Source of the DNA: a virus
Length of the DNA stretch: 64,000 bases
Reading direction: 5' to 3' (one strand)
Virus record (IMG/VR): IMGVR_UViG_3300012936_000005
Coordinates: 1-64,000 of that record
Shown: positions 59,501 to 64,000 of the stretch, piece by piece
How positions within the stretch are numbered: the first letter of the stretch is position 1
Layout of the letters: every line of letters starts with the position of its first letter
Position numbers and translations under genes: made by a program
The notes under the pieces: generated by a model
Database searches by the model: none
Told to the model about the DNA's origin: nothing
What the model saw: only the letters and a program-made list of their open reading frames with translations

Positions 59501-59639
59501 CGCCTGGTTGCATCAATTGATCAAGAGTACTTGTTAGAAACTTTTTGTTGGCTGTAGTTCTAAAGTACCTGGGTAATAAATCAGCTGATTTTCTTTTTTC
59601 GTTTCCGCCTACTGGAATTGGACTTTCATCTTGTGCCAT
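44565..59639 (-). CDS. giant 5024-aa virion structural protein (at the gp7 baseplate wedge position)
   Basis: Follows the gp6-like gene with TAATG coupling; FG-GAP-like repeats, CBM5/12-like repeats, G.GY..P repeats, GDGST repeats. Confidence 0.75.
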   Translation of the reverse strand: MAQDESPIPVGGNEKRKSADLLPRYFRTTANKKFLTSTLDQLMQPGVIEKVDGFIGRRDAKAFKASDNYIADVSPDRENYQLEPVATITNNLGNVTFYRDYRDYINASKIRNADNIDHSKYSSQEYYAWDPHINWDKFVNFREYYWLPSGPNEIPVYGTATNIVSTFAVKRQDNVDNNSYIFSEENKVSNPTLTLYRGQTYNFDIDAVDMPFSIRTSTDIDSDANLYNTGVSQQKVEQGTITWQIDLESPDILYYTNGNDLEASGLIIIKDIRDASELNVGTDIVGKKTYTMQNGYELTNGMKVKFYGKITPEKYGEGNWYVEGVGESIKLISESDLVITADYLTDVSTEFDGQGFSSLPFDDATSYAILKDYIVINRASKDGNQWSRYNKWTHKSVIENIAKINNVPVVLDQNYRATRPIIEFDAGLKLYNFGTQSKTAVDLVDTVTKDVFSDIEGQVGYFVDGVELVSGMRVLFTADPDSFVAGKIYEVNFISQNGSQQLALKETTDSVPQTDETVLIKSGTKFKGKLFYYNGTTWRQTQDKTKVNQQPLFDLYNDSGAQLSTLESSTFAGNKIFSYKVGTGNNDTELGFPLSYRTIENSGDIVFDFNLLLDTYQYDELTDVLNVSTDTALLRKYTDRTNFTNVSGWTKAPNKSIQPVVKQITVGQRTNNFIVDVYTNSGDLNDLVVKVYVNSNRKRDGVDYTINRVNGYAYVTFDTELNADDKLVLKTTSSAPKRNGIGFYEFPINFEKNPQNENVTTFTLGEVLDHVDSIVDNVNGFVGTFPGVSNLRDIGNASQYGLKFVQHSGPINLALFNLTDKDYDAIEALKYSGFEYIKFKKEFLRLANELGFEGVDKIHVDKVLFELNKNKNNTDPFYFSDMLPHGGDTKVTHNIEDSSQTIFSLIRGIDFTALSDKAVLVYLNEKQLILDKDYTVSTDGFLTLLNPPTAGDILDVYEYITTDGCWIPPTPTKLGLYPKFTPEIFLDDTYLDTPTDTTGPWKIYGRDVTTNKSYKGKLGWFYPLFTDEVSAQQEDLRSGGNGTAHTHVFAGSNEKFYMPSGSGGMNHATNDTQLIEEYPNSRPMLQGHDGSLWRCFGDFRDNLLLDIEKRIYNNIKLQYDENVLDIADYVNSKSRNTSFTRRQISKTMIAEFNSWLETVGVPDYVANNYYRPGDGFTYNYGSASDPYNQPLTGFWRSIYKDFYNTDRPHSHPWEILGFKEKPTWFDTEYGPAPYTSNNLLLWEDLSKGIVRGDEGSKVTYRNKFKNEDILKYIPVDENGNLLPPNETGYTRGNIPTTYTNDFAFGDEGPVETAWRRSSHFPFSLMISWALNQPAQFFGLAFDRSRIVRNTAGQLVYKDTSKRIELNQLIFPNSATDSQRVYTAGIVNYIQGYLAGNDTLRFRDFKNNIVAVQNKLGCKLAGFTQKEKFRLILDSRTPTNEGNVFVPDENYSIHLTKSIPVDVFAYSGIIIEITPSGYVVKGYDKDNPVFKYYPVRRKNSDQVINVGGISENFLTWTSGKTYEAGQIVELSDSYYRVKISHTSGEGFNQDNFQKLAELPQEGGATAQISTNFDKTLNEMPYGTLLRDKQDVVDLMMGYQEYLQKVGFKFDNFNQDIEEIENWRLSAKEFLFWTTQNWESGTILTVSPSARQIEFYRQNVVVDDIYDNFYDYSLLKADGKRLLADFATTQRDNTNEFGIYVKNTEDGIFHLKIPVIQHEHVLLIDNKTVFGDVIYNRAQGYRQERIKVKGYRSDEWNGSYNIPGFIFDDAVATEWVSWQDYPIGALVKYKQYFYVAQTKVVGTETFNDRAFVRLNDKPVQQLLPNLDYKAKQFADYYDLDSDNFDIEQQKLAQHLTGYQKRKYLENIINDDVSQYKFYQGAIQDKGTKNVLTKLFDKLGSATKDSLEFFEEWAVRVGRYGSTEGDDQFDIVFDEQKYRQEPQQVQLVDVINPKDTSLIYKLDRNGIYVKSKNYDHKPFPTKYFNDDNSFTKTAGYVNPSDVALSLLSYNDLLTQTNLATNSYIWTATDKSTQTWGVYKLVATDLRITNYTATNAGLFTVTCDKVADFAKGDIIGLNDIDDATDGYYKVDSTSLNSIVLESVEDEDIEDPEDGVEINGYVTKFETARLPNLKDANDSLGVSNLNNTLWVDDDDTGQWLTLSNREVFELKPNIINTSAGILDSTEKDFGTAFSVTSNNNRIAITAPKDLNGSVYIFQRPSDNNEFGFLQQIDEQAFLFDSNGGFGQSVAVSPDGKYLAVGSPHASNVKSKLRGDYNNKVAYVQGDIVLFSDQLWKADRNIDADALQSFSNHSSNAQAKEDDYNTDTQEYPTIEYIVRGDYTLGANSDTDHILIRAEKEQFEGTKPGDILTLKWNKYTTTAQAGTEPFNGDTTLTESLINGNHTIVDKVQHIIHIQSALSVPDAGTEITTDTCRATIMYRRTNNENEMTMYIKDVNGSFQGSGKIYANGILVGDYVEELTITDNYHTGWWYVSVGSTFTSTNLVETKANLVIQDITLETEIVNNPFFSNILDTKVLSSTAHPTKASEFGILSHTQGQSNIQVLDSKWWVRTPLAHGNSITPGDKTRFWVNTIRVNGLVQDPNAIGLTSSYINSTEHTVADVWNGYVEVRLTNFDLNGDPFIPNIGDILTCTNTGSTGEIAFIERAFSTAKIYLKNRNGTWALGSDFGVNSNATYIENDSTVRTIGPINSAHMENSISGPLIIIDSGTNIPVVASGTNYLRDLEYWIYSSTVIEGITDSANPPSSINLDWTRVYNIPVIAEGYGTGLSEQGTFAIYEMKGVTYQLISYYTVPNSANNRQLGTKLRFVQPDANSYKLYIHAQGDGSEANQGRIYFVNKNSTDDWALSVQKNYRGDFRLSATYFEGEFVRFGETIYKANTNSIPGPFNVNQWTAQTSGLDLLGYVPNDTNFSLVESVLEQNNLEAFGSDFDVSSKGEVLIANSVYTSVYEIESGGVSLGLDSSIANRKVVVYRLNDSSYEYSQILEPFNQTEDFGATIAVSEDGKKIAVGAPFNSDVADNAGAVYLYIQKDNTFVYSQTLRPIDKSVNIQFGTKIDFDGNTLAVASRGGSMTSVTSFDTFRNLKENEQYVLDPKSGVNPIATSFDNNSTKFQTIDQGSGVVSLYETVNDSLLYSQNFTYDLDTQDFGNRMLVSKNHVYIGLPKQQVPNSSVLDKGLVAEYRKPAGTTSWSITRQPVLPADTSKFKGVYLYDKKTNGLLTYLDYIDPIQGKIAGPAEQEISFKTSYDPARYSFTSATSNVVAHPLDYTSDEWVGKLWWDIDSAKFINHHQGDITEATSNFNKLFPGSTVEVYEWVESELLPSEWDEQSGTDAGLTSGISGTTKYGDNAYTVRRKYDQGSETFTNYYYYWVLGKATLPPVDGRVTTCSDVIRYITNPEITGYRFVAMLGSNRFSLYNCDSFIQDKETAISFNWWTIENQEQPTHIQYQLISDGLETSVPNRDIEQKWFDSLVGFDTNDRPVPDINLPVKLRYGALNDPRQSWFVNRTEARKQFVERVNNTLGKNLIVDDFDLTKLTGFDPQPTVATGIFDTTADSFAEIGFVSIARVKPASLQLEVENGVIINVLINDAGQGYINVPTYTISDIEGSGAELEFVLDANGSISNVNIINGGRDYTTNLSISVRSFAVLVKSDETINGKWSVYQWDGTEYLRTLTQSYDINLYWQYTDWYASGYNQFTFINHTIDSSYEIYALDDEIGDIVKINSVGTGGWLLLRKIANLDTQDYTLSYETIGRENGTILFKNSLYDSNASNTAFDGASFDKIFYDTEPNTEFRKILEILKSDIFIDNLAIHWNELFFASVRYVLSEQPNVDWLFKTSFVKAKHNIGELKQKVTFQNDSLPSYQNYVEEMKPYKTKIREYLSSYEKIDPASNVITDFDLAPYYNEDEGKIVPQSVQIIDGKVLAGASDLQNYPSKHWLDNVGFQIKSFSIADAGSGYQVAPKIVISGGGGSGATAEAFIGNGRVTSVRVTNGGSGYLTSPKIDIVGSIDDGGSVARLSPILGEGKTKSAHIRCKFDRVTGTYLFQTLGETQTFTSTLDQQIFNLKWPMQLKSTQIKVTVGGLEALRSEYSFTNITDTSKGYTRSYGRITFTNALAINQSVVITYNKAPELLQAQDRINLYYNPTSGMYGNDLAQLLDGIDYGGVEVSSFDFGTGTGWDADEWFTTTYDTFDTTFEDEIFQIGDDSTRVLNFVKPLEAGAVYNVYKNGVRLDDPNYGTSNPVTNTRAVMQSVTGAGQTGVALYDDAGTLGNDIIVFDEELISTSPNDIIVFRKTTSDGSFLPDPRSYDTILRGGDFAFSTAKGINPEEIIVDGDDFVSPTTSKGPEEQVPGQVLDTLDIRVFHRPKDGGSVLSSNSYRTDGVTNKFNFGIQPQNKDALIVKLDDVIQAQTLYKVDYRLKTITFDTVPNANQEVNIVSISGNGTNAIEQSQFIGDGSTNAYVTKIHYDSKLDYYATVNGVLVESVLTSTGDSSGEDPKAMIVFGSPPPDNSIINYAVYTSVDSFSKIETTEFVGDGSTKVFSLDKTPYSSKPNSHNVIVKLDNKILNPGYNQQFNCKLAQREYFLELWQSPIGSFQAKDILILLNGKELTIAVEYNLRPANSSVILEPGIGREGDILEVYLRTDGDYAFGSVQTINSNLTWVDSGADLQLKTAPAEGQKLTVYTFNKHDSMDFERQNFDVIARTPVTVGTDDHIQFNHIKAGLVKLRYPAIDAQYVWLTVNGVLQTPSVDYKLTEDKNFVKYKGSFADNDVVEVIQFSAQGEISSNFGFSQFKDILNRNIYKRLGDVAPLKLAKDLKTFDKEIFLDDASAISTPDKNSSIPGIIFINGERIEFLIKQGNVLRQIQRGTLGTGVASVHEAGSDVYNQGSTQTAPYADQTIVDEQIGDGSTTVFPLGFTPKNTNEFEVFVAGKRLRKNAIQMFNPALDQDSPEADETAPAEFSVDGTTPALTLLNTPAVNAKIKIVRRQGKRWTDPGISLNDAESLVARFFKAEKVELPK

Positions 59640-62600
59640 TAGTATCCATAGCCTCCGCCGCCGCCGGAACTACCTCCTCCACCGCTAGATCCTCCTCCAC
59701 CGGAAGACCCACCGCCACCGCTTGACGATCCACCGCCACCGCTTGACGATCCACCGCCACCTGAATATTGGCCGCCTCCTGAGCTACTGCCTGAACTGCT
59801 TGTAGTTGTTGCAGTAGTAGTGGTAGTTGTTGTGGTTCCTGTGCTTGTTGTAGTAGTTGTGCCTGCTGTGCTTAAGGCTTGACTCTTAATACCTGTATTT
59901 GTTGTACCAGTTGCTGTTACAACCTTGCCCGAAGCTTGTATTCTTGAAGCTGTAACACTATCAATAATTTCCACATCATCAACTGTTGCGTCATTAATGA
60001 AGATTTCGTTGTTTTCTGATTTTACTTCGTACAAACTACCAAAGCCTTGAGTGGCTTGTTTAGGTACTAGTAAGATATTAACAACATCTGGTGCTACTTC
60101 GTTCATTACATAAGTTGCTAGTTCTGTAAAATGAAATGTTTCGCCAAAGTCCCAGTTTTGTAATGAAAAGAATCTATTTACAGCATTAATAACATTTGTT
60201 TTAAGTTCGTTATTATTAACTACTTCTCCGCCATTTTTAACAATTTTAATAGTTGCTTGTAAATTATCTTGTGCATGTATTCCAAACAAAGGTTTATATA
60301 AAACAGGATGATATATAACTTCATCACTTATTGATTTATATAAAGCAATCTTTGTTCCATAATTTTGAAATAATTCATCAGTGCTTGGTGGTAATGGCAT
60401 AGTGTTAGTTTCGCCTCTAATGTATTTTCTAAAATTTGTATCATAAGACTTTGTAAGAAGATAGATATCTATTATGTTACTTGCACTAGGATCTATTCTG
60501 TTACCTTCGTCTGCACTGTGTACATACTGAAATTTAAGATCTGATCTACCAACATATGCTTTATAATCAGCAGTAACACTTAGCACACTATTGTTTAAAA
60601 TTTTGAAGTTATCATTATCGATGATATAAAAAACTTTACCGTCAGTGTATTGGCTGTAAGCACCAATTTCTGTTTCCGTAGAAACAATTTTTATTGTGCT
60701 ACCCTGGCTATAATAATTAAATTTACTAAATCCTTGATCTGAAGATTCTTTCTTTAAAAATATATATTTTGCTGTACTATTTGTTAATGGATCAACAACA
60801 TTATCAAAAATATCTGGATCATCAACGCTTCCGTCTTCGTTATTATCAAAGAAACTTACTTCAACTTTTTTACTGTTTACATATCCATCTGCATTTCTAA
60901 ATTCTTTTACAATTTCCCAATTTACATCATTATTAAATGCTTCTAACGAATCTGGTTTGGTGTTAAAATTCATTATTGCAACTTTGTCTTTTACAAGTTG
61001 CCCAGTCTGTGAATCATAAATTTTATTTTGTCCATCAAAATAAAAACTTAATTCTTTATCGCTTTCAAAGATATAACGAAGTCCTCTATTTGTTACTGTA
61101 TATTTTTCTCCATTTGTTTGGAATAAAATAAGCCAACTAGAGTCTAACTGGTTGTTAGTAACATCACCAGTTTTACCATTACTAAACACATCAACAGTAT
61201 TAAGGTTCTCGTTTATAATTACTCTCCAAGCTCTTGTTACTTGATCATATCTTAAAGCAAATGTTTTATATGCAAAAACTTGATCAATAATTTGTGATCT
61301 TACATCTGCAGAAATATCTTTTACAATTTTAGGTTTCACTTCTTCTAGAACACTATTTGAAGGAAGTATTTCGTTAAACACAATAGGACCTTGTCCAGTT
61401 ACACTGTCTACACTTGTTCCTGCACCGTCTACACTAATTACTTTTACCCATTTATAATCACTTGCACCTTTAGCTTTGCTGTCACTAGTCAGTTCGCCTT
61501 CACCTATAAAGTAAAATCCTGCTGGAGATTTAAATTTAAGCAATGCACCTGCTTCTAAATATTTTAATGAACCGCCTGTAAATGTACCTACTTGATAAGG
61601 GATGTCACTTATATTGTTCAACAGTCCCGAAGAGCTATTTGTAGTTTTGCTAGATTGTTTCCATCTAGCATTAAGATCACTTACAATAATTTTAGCATAA
61701 TTACCAAAGTAAAAATTACTTATTGCTCTACTTTGTATTATTGGTAATACTGTATTTTCTATTGCACCTTCAATATCAGTTTGAGTTGAAAAACTAAATG
61801 ATGTTTTGCTTTCATAAGGTTCTCTGTATAACACACCGTCTGAACCATATAAATTTGTGCTTGAATATTTTCCAGTAGCATCTTTCAAATCAAAATATCT
61901 ACTAATACCACTTGTTGTTCTATTTGTTGATTTTACTTTTATAATTTCTTGGTTACTAGTCAACGGAACAATATTATAATCCTCACCAGTAATCATTCTG
62001 TTTTGTGTGTAATATGTTTGAGGAGCGTTTGTTCTTATATTAGCTGTTGACTCACTTGTAGTTGCATTTGTAACAGGAGTCTTTAATTCAACACCTATGG
62101 TCAAAGTTTCTGTCGTGCCTGCTTTACTTGTATATGGTAATGTAAATGTTATGCCAGTAAGTTCATTTGGATTTATTGACATAATTCTGTTAGCACTTGT
62201 TCTGTAATAAACTCTAAATGTTCCTGCTGGTAGATTACCAAAAGTTCCGTCTGCAAATACTAAACTTATTTCGTCGTTTGCTCTTGTTTGTACAACGTAA
62301 AAATCTCTTATTCTTTTGTTAAGGCTGTTATAAATTGCATTGTTGCCTTCTAATGAACTTACTTTGGTCCAAATTCTATCTGCAACCCCATTCTGGTCTA
62401 AAGAATATAACCATACGTCTGAATCGTTTATGTTTTGTGCTTCTACAGCAATTTTTTGATTTGAGCTAGGACTGTTTACGTTGAATACATTAGATTTTAA
62501 TTGACCTTGTCTAAAATGTAAAAAGTATCCTGTGTTAGAACTTCCTGAACCTCTACCATCTTCTCTATATAAAAATGCTAAACTTGTTCCTGGTACTGGA

Positions 62601-63289
62601 TTTTCTTCTTGTATAACATTAAACTCTTCATCAATTCCTGTAGATACCATTTCAAATTGTGTAGGTAATCCGTTCACTGACTTTGTAAAGCCAAAGACAG
62701 GAACATCTGTACCACCACTGTTAAATCTATACTGCTGTGTAAGTACACCGTTTATAATTTTTGATTTAGCAGGTTTGCCTACAGTTCCGTTTTGAGGTAA
62801 TGATGCATTAAGCACACGTCTAAATTGTTCTGCCCAATTAGCATTACTAGGATCGTTCCAAATAATAGTTTGTCCTGTAAGGTTGTTTCCATTACTGTCT
62901 ACTATAGACTCAGTAGTGCTTACACTTTCAAATTTAATAAGTCCGTTTGCCGCTTGGTTACGTCTAGGATTATATGATAGCATACGTGCTAGACGTAGCA
63001 CTGACTCTCTTCGTTCAGCTAGTTCTAAGAAATTTTCTCTTGCATTTAGGTCAACTCTGTAACTGATATTTTGCCCTAAAAAGGCAATCATATCAATTAG
63101 TGCAAGATATTCTGATGTATCAACATAATCATTGAAGTCTTCTGGGTAGTTGTTTCTTAGATAGGTAATCATAGCCCGTCTAAGTGTGTCAAAGTCATAA
63201 CTACGGAACTCAGCGTTACGATAACTTTGGTATACTTTTTGCCAATCTTCTGCTAAAAGCAGTCTATTTTGTCTGTCTGTTGATGACAT
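59639..63289 (-). CDS. gp6: baseplate wedge subunit, T4 gp6-like, extended
   Basis: DFDTLR..FNDY..SE..LID..A, RESV..LARMLSYNPR, F.DG.FG..P, APQ.Y.TQNR..T.EDY; downstream of gp25. Confidence 0.85.
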   Translation of the reverse strand: MSSTDRQNRLLLAEDWQKVYQSYRNAEFRSYDFDTLRRAMITYLRNNYPEDFNDYVDTSEYLALIDMIAFLGQNISYRVDLNARENFLELAERRESVLRLARMLSYNPRRNQAANGLIKFESVSTTESIVDSNGNNLTGQTIIWNDPSNANWAEQFRRVLNASLPQNGTVGKPAKSKIINGVLTQQYRFNSGGTDVPVFGFTKSVNGLPTQFEMVSTGIDEEFNVIQEENPVPGTSLAFLYREDGRGSGSSNTGYFLHFRQGQLKSNVFNVNSPSSNQKIAVEAQNINDSDVWLYSLDQNGVADRIWTKVSSLEGNNAIYNSLNKRIRDFYVVQTRANDEISLVFADGTFGNLPAGTFRVYYRTSANRIMSINPNELTGITFTLPYTSKAGTTETLTIGVELKTPVTNATTSESTANIRTNAPQTYYTQNRMITGEDYNIVPLTSNQEIIKVKSTNRTTSGISRYFDLKDATGKYSSTNLYGSDGVLYREPYESKTSFSFSTQTDIEGAIENTVLPIIQSRAISNFYFGNYAKIIVSDLNARWKQSSKTTNSSSGLLNNISDIPYQVGTFTGGSLKYLEAGALLKFKSPAGFYFIGEGELTSDSKAKGASDYKWVKVISVDGAGTSVDSVTGQGPIVFNEILPSNSVLEEVKPKIVKDISADVRSQIIDQVFAYKTFALRYDQVTRAWRVIINENLNTVDVFSNGKTGDVTNNQLDSSWLILFQTNGEKYTVTNRGLRYIFESDKELSFYFDGQNKIYDSQTGQLVKDKVAIMNFNTKPDSLEAFNNDVNWEIVKEFRNADGYVNSKKVEVSFFDNNEDGSVDDPDIFDNVVDPLTNSTAKYIFLKKESSDQGFSKFNYYSQGSTIKIVSTETEIGAYSQYTDGKVFYIIDNDNFKILNNSVLSVTADYKAYVGRSDLKFQYVHSADEGNRIDPSASNIIDIYLLTKSYDTNFRKYIRGETNTMPLPPSTDELFQNYGTKIALYKSISDEVIYHPVLYKPLFGIHAQDNLQATIKIVKNGGEVVNNNELKTNVINAVNRFFSLQNWDFGETFHFTELATYVMNEVAPDVVNILLVPKQATQGFGSLYEVKSENNEIFINDATVDDVEIIDSVTASRIQASGKVVTATGTTNTGIKSQALSTAGTTTTTSTGTTTTTTTTATTTSSSGSSSGGGQYSGGGGSSSGGGGSSSGGGGSSGGGGSSGGGGSSGGGGGYGY
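59709..59761. repeat. 21-bp tandem repeat (2.5 copies) encoding GGGGSSS
   Basis: CCACCGCCACCGCTTGACGAT twice plus a partial third copy. Confidence 0.9.
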
Positions 63290-63315
63290 CGATTATCCTT
63301 CTTTAAATGCTACAG

Positions 63316-63322
63316 TATTTAT
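63316..63322 (-). promoter_or_regulatory. late promoter-like ATAAATA
   Basis: Intergenic, upstream of AAGGA RBS of the gp6-like gene. Confidence 0.55.
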
Positions 63323-63352
63323 TACAAATGATAATACTAGTAGTTAATTCTA

Positions 63353-63784
63353 TCACGACAACCCAATGTTTTTATCAAACTGCATTTTCAAATTTTCGCT
63401 TATATTATAGTCCAAATAAGTAAGTGTACATTCAATCTGTAATCCGCTTTCATATTCAGAAACTTGAACGCTAGATGCACGAGTTCTAGGATCAAAATTT
63501 ACAATATTAGTAACATTAGTTGTAATAGCTTCTTTGAGTCTTGTTGTAAGTGGTTCGTATAAGGCATCCCAAATTATACAACCAAATGTAGGGTCAGATA
63601 ACTTTTCTCCCTGACGTATATTAAGATGATTTAATAAATTTTGCTTAATCAAAGCAATATCAAACTGTTGAAAAGAATTGTTTTCAGGATTTACTGTGCT
63701 GAATCCCCTATATGCTTTTTGCTTGATAGGAGGCTTTTTCTCTTTTCTAGGAGTTACTTTAATTGTTTTGTATAAGTCTGCCAT
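63353..63784 (-). CDS. gp25: baseplate wedge protein gp25-like
   Basis: IKQNLLNHL..RQGEK..DPTFGC..LYEP..DPR. Confidence 0.9.
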   Translation of the reverse strand: MADLYKTIKVTPRKEKKPPIKQKAYRGFSTVNPENNSFQQFDIALIKQNLLNHLNIRQGEKLSDPTFGCIIWDALYEPLTTRLKEAITTNVTNIVNFDPRTRASSVQVSEYESGLQIECTLTYLDYNISENLKMQFDKNIGLS

Positions 63785-63789
63785 ATTAA

Positions 63790-63796
63790 TATTTAC
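63790..63796 (-). promoter_or_regulatory. late promoter-like GTAAATA, 5 nt before the ATG
   Basis: Minus strand GTAAATA-TTAAT-ATG. Confidence 0.5.
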
Positions 63797-63802
63797 CTTT
63801 CA

Positions 63803-64000
63803 TTAAGGACCGGCGAAAACTGTTTCGCTTCCTGTTGAAACGCTTGTACAATCTGTAATAGCATCTCCGACACGGCCGCAACCCTTACCATTTATAAAAA
63901 CTTCTGTACTTCCTGTTGTAATAGGCTGTGCATGTGTACCACACGGTGCTGGTGGAACATCGTGAGTCGTGTTTTTATCGTCTTGTCGAGATACTCCTGT
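63803..64000 (-). CDS. PAAR-repeat spike tip protein (T4 gp5.4-like), 5'-partial
   Basis: Manual translation: TGVSRQDD..H..C..H..ITTGSTEVFINGKGCGRVGD..C..TGSETVFAGP*; not in the ORF track. Confidence 0.88.
   Translation of the reverse strand, partial: TGVSRQDDKNTTHDVPPAPCGTHAQPITTGSTEVFINGKGCGRVGDAITDCTSVSTGSETVFAGP

Noticed and set aside
59642-59790. Synthetic (G4S)n linker contamination
   Set aside because: In frame with the native gene, varied codons and unit lengths, and coupled by TAATG to the next gene.
1627-63345. 13-bp match AATACTAGTAGTT at 1627-1639 and 63333-63345
   Set aside because: Short and AT-rich, so plausible by chance, and in opposite orientation relative to the nearby promoters.
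43933-64000. Bacterial T6SS/eCIS/tailocin locus
   Set aside because: T4-like RNase H, late promoter motifs and lack of any housekeeping or T6SS membrane genes indicate a phage genome.
1-64000. Stop-codon recoding, introns/inteins, tRNAs, CRISPR arrays
   Set aside because: Standard-code ORFs tile the window with short overlaps. No splice or intein motifs, cloverleaf or repeat-spacer array was recognised by eye.

Overview
AT-rich segment of a large T4-like (probably jumbo) myophage genome, densely coding in the standard genetic code. 1-6.7 kb (+): 3' part of an RNase H/5'-3' exonuclease, small hypothetical genes, and an AAA+ ATPase plus HEXXH/VWA pair, each with a sigma70-type promoter. 37.5-64 kb (-): tail/baseplate module with a partial PAAR gene, gp25-like and gp6-like genes, a 5024-aa virion protein and four fibre-like genes. 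Between them, bracketed by fibre genes and by an identical 22-bp late-promoter sequence in inverted orientation, is a ~30-kb island of 39 tightly coupled ORFs in two converging arms. It encodes 10 radical SAM enzymes (8 in tandem, 3 with N-terminal twitch domains, 1 B12-binding), 12 Fe(II)/2OG-type oxygenases, 4 glycosyltransferase-like proteins, 2 nitroreductases, 2 kinase-like proteins, 2 methyltransferase-like proteins, a sulfotransferase, a PLP enzyme, an SDR-like protein and a desaturase. The substrate cannot be read from the sequence. Virion (fibre/baseplate) glycosylation with heavy sugar tailoring is the favoured inference; host-envelope or DNA modification are alternatives. Regulatory signals seen directly: T4-like late promoter motifs (TAAATA/TAAGTA core), a consensus sigma70 promoter inside the island, four probable leaderless starts and two RBS-occluding hairpins. 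All product calls are motif-based; no database search was possible. No tRNA, rRNA, CRISPR array or mobile element was recognised.
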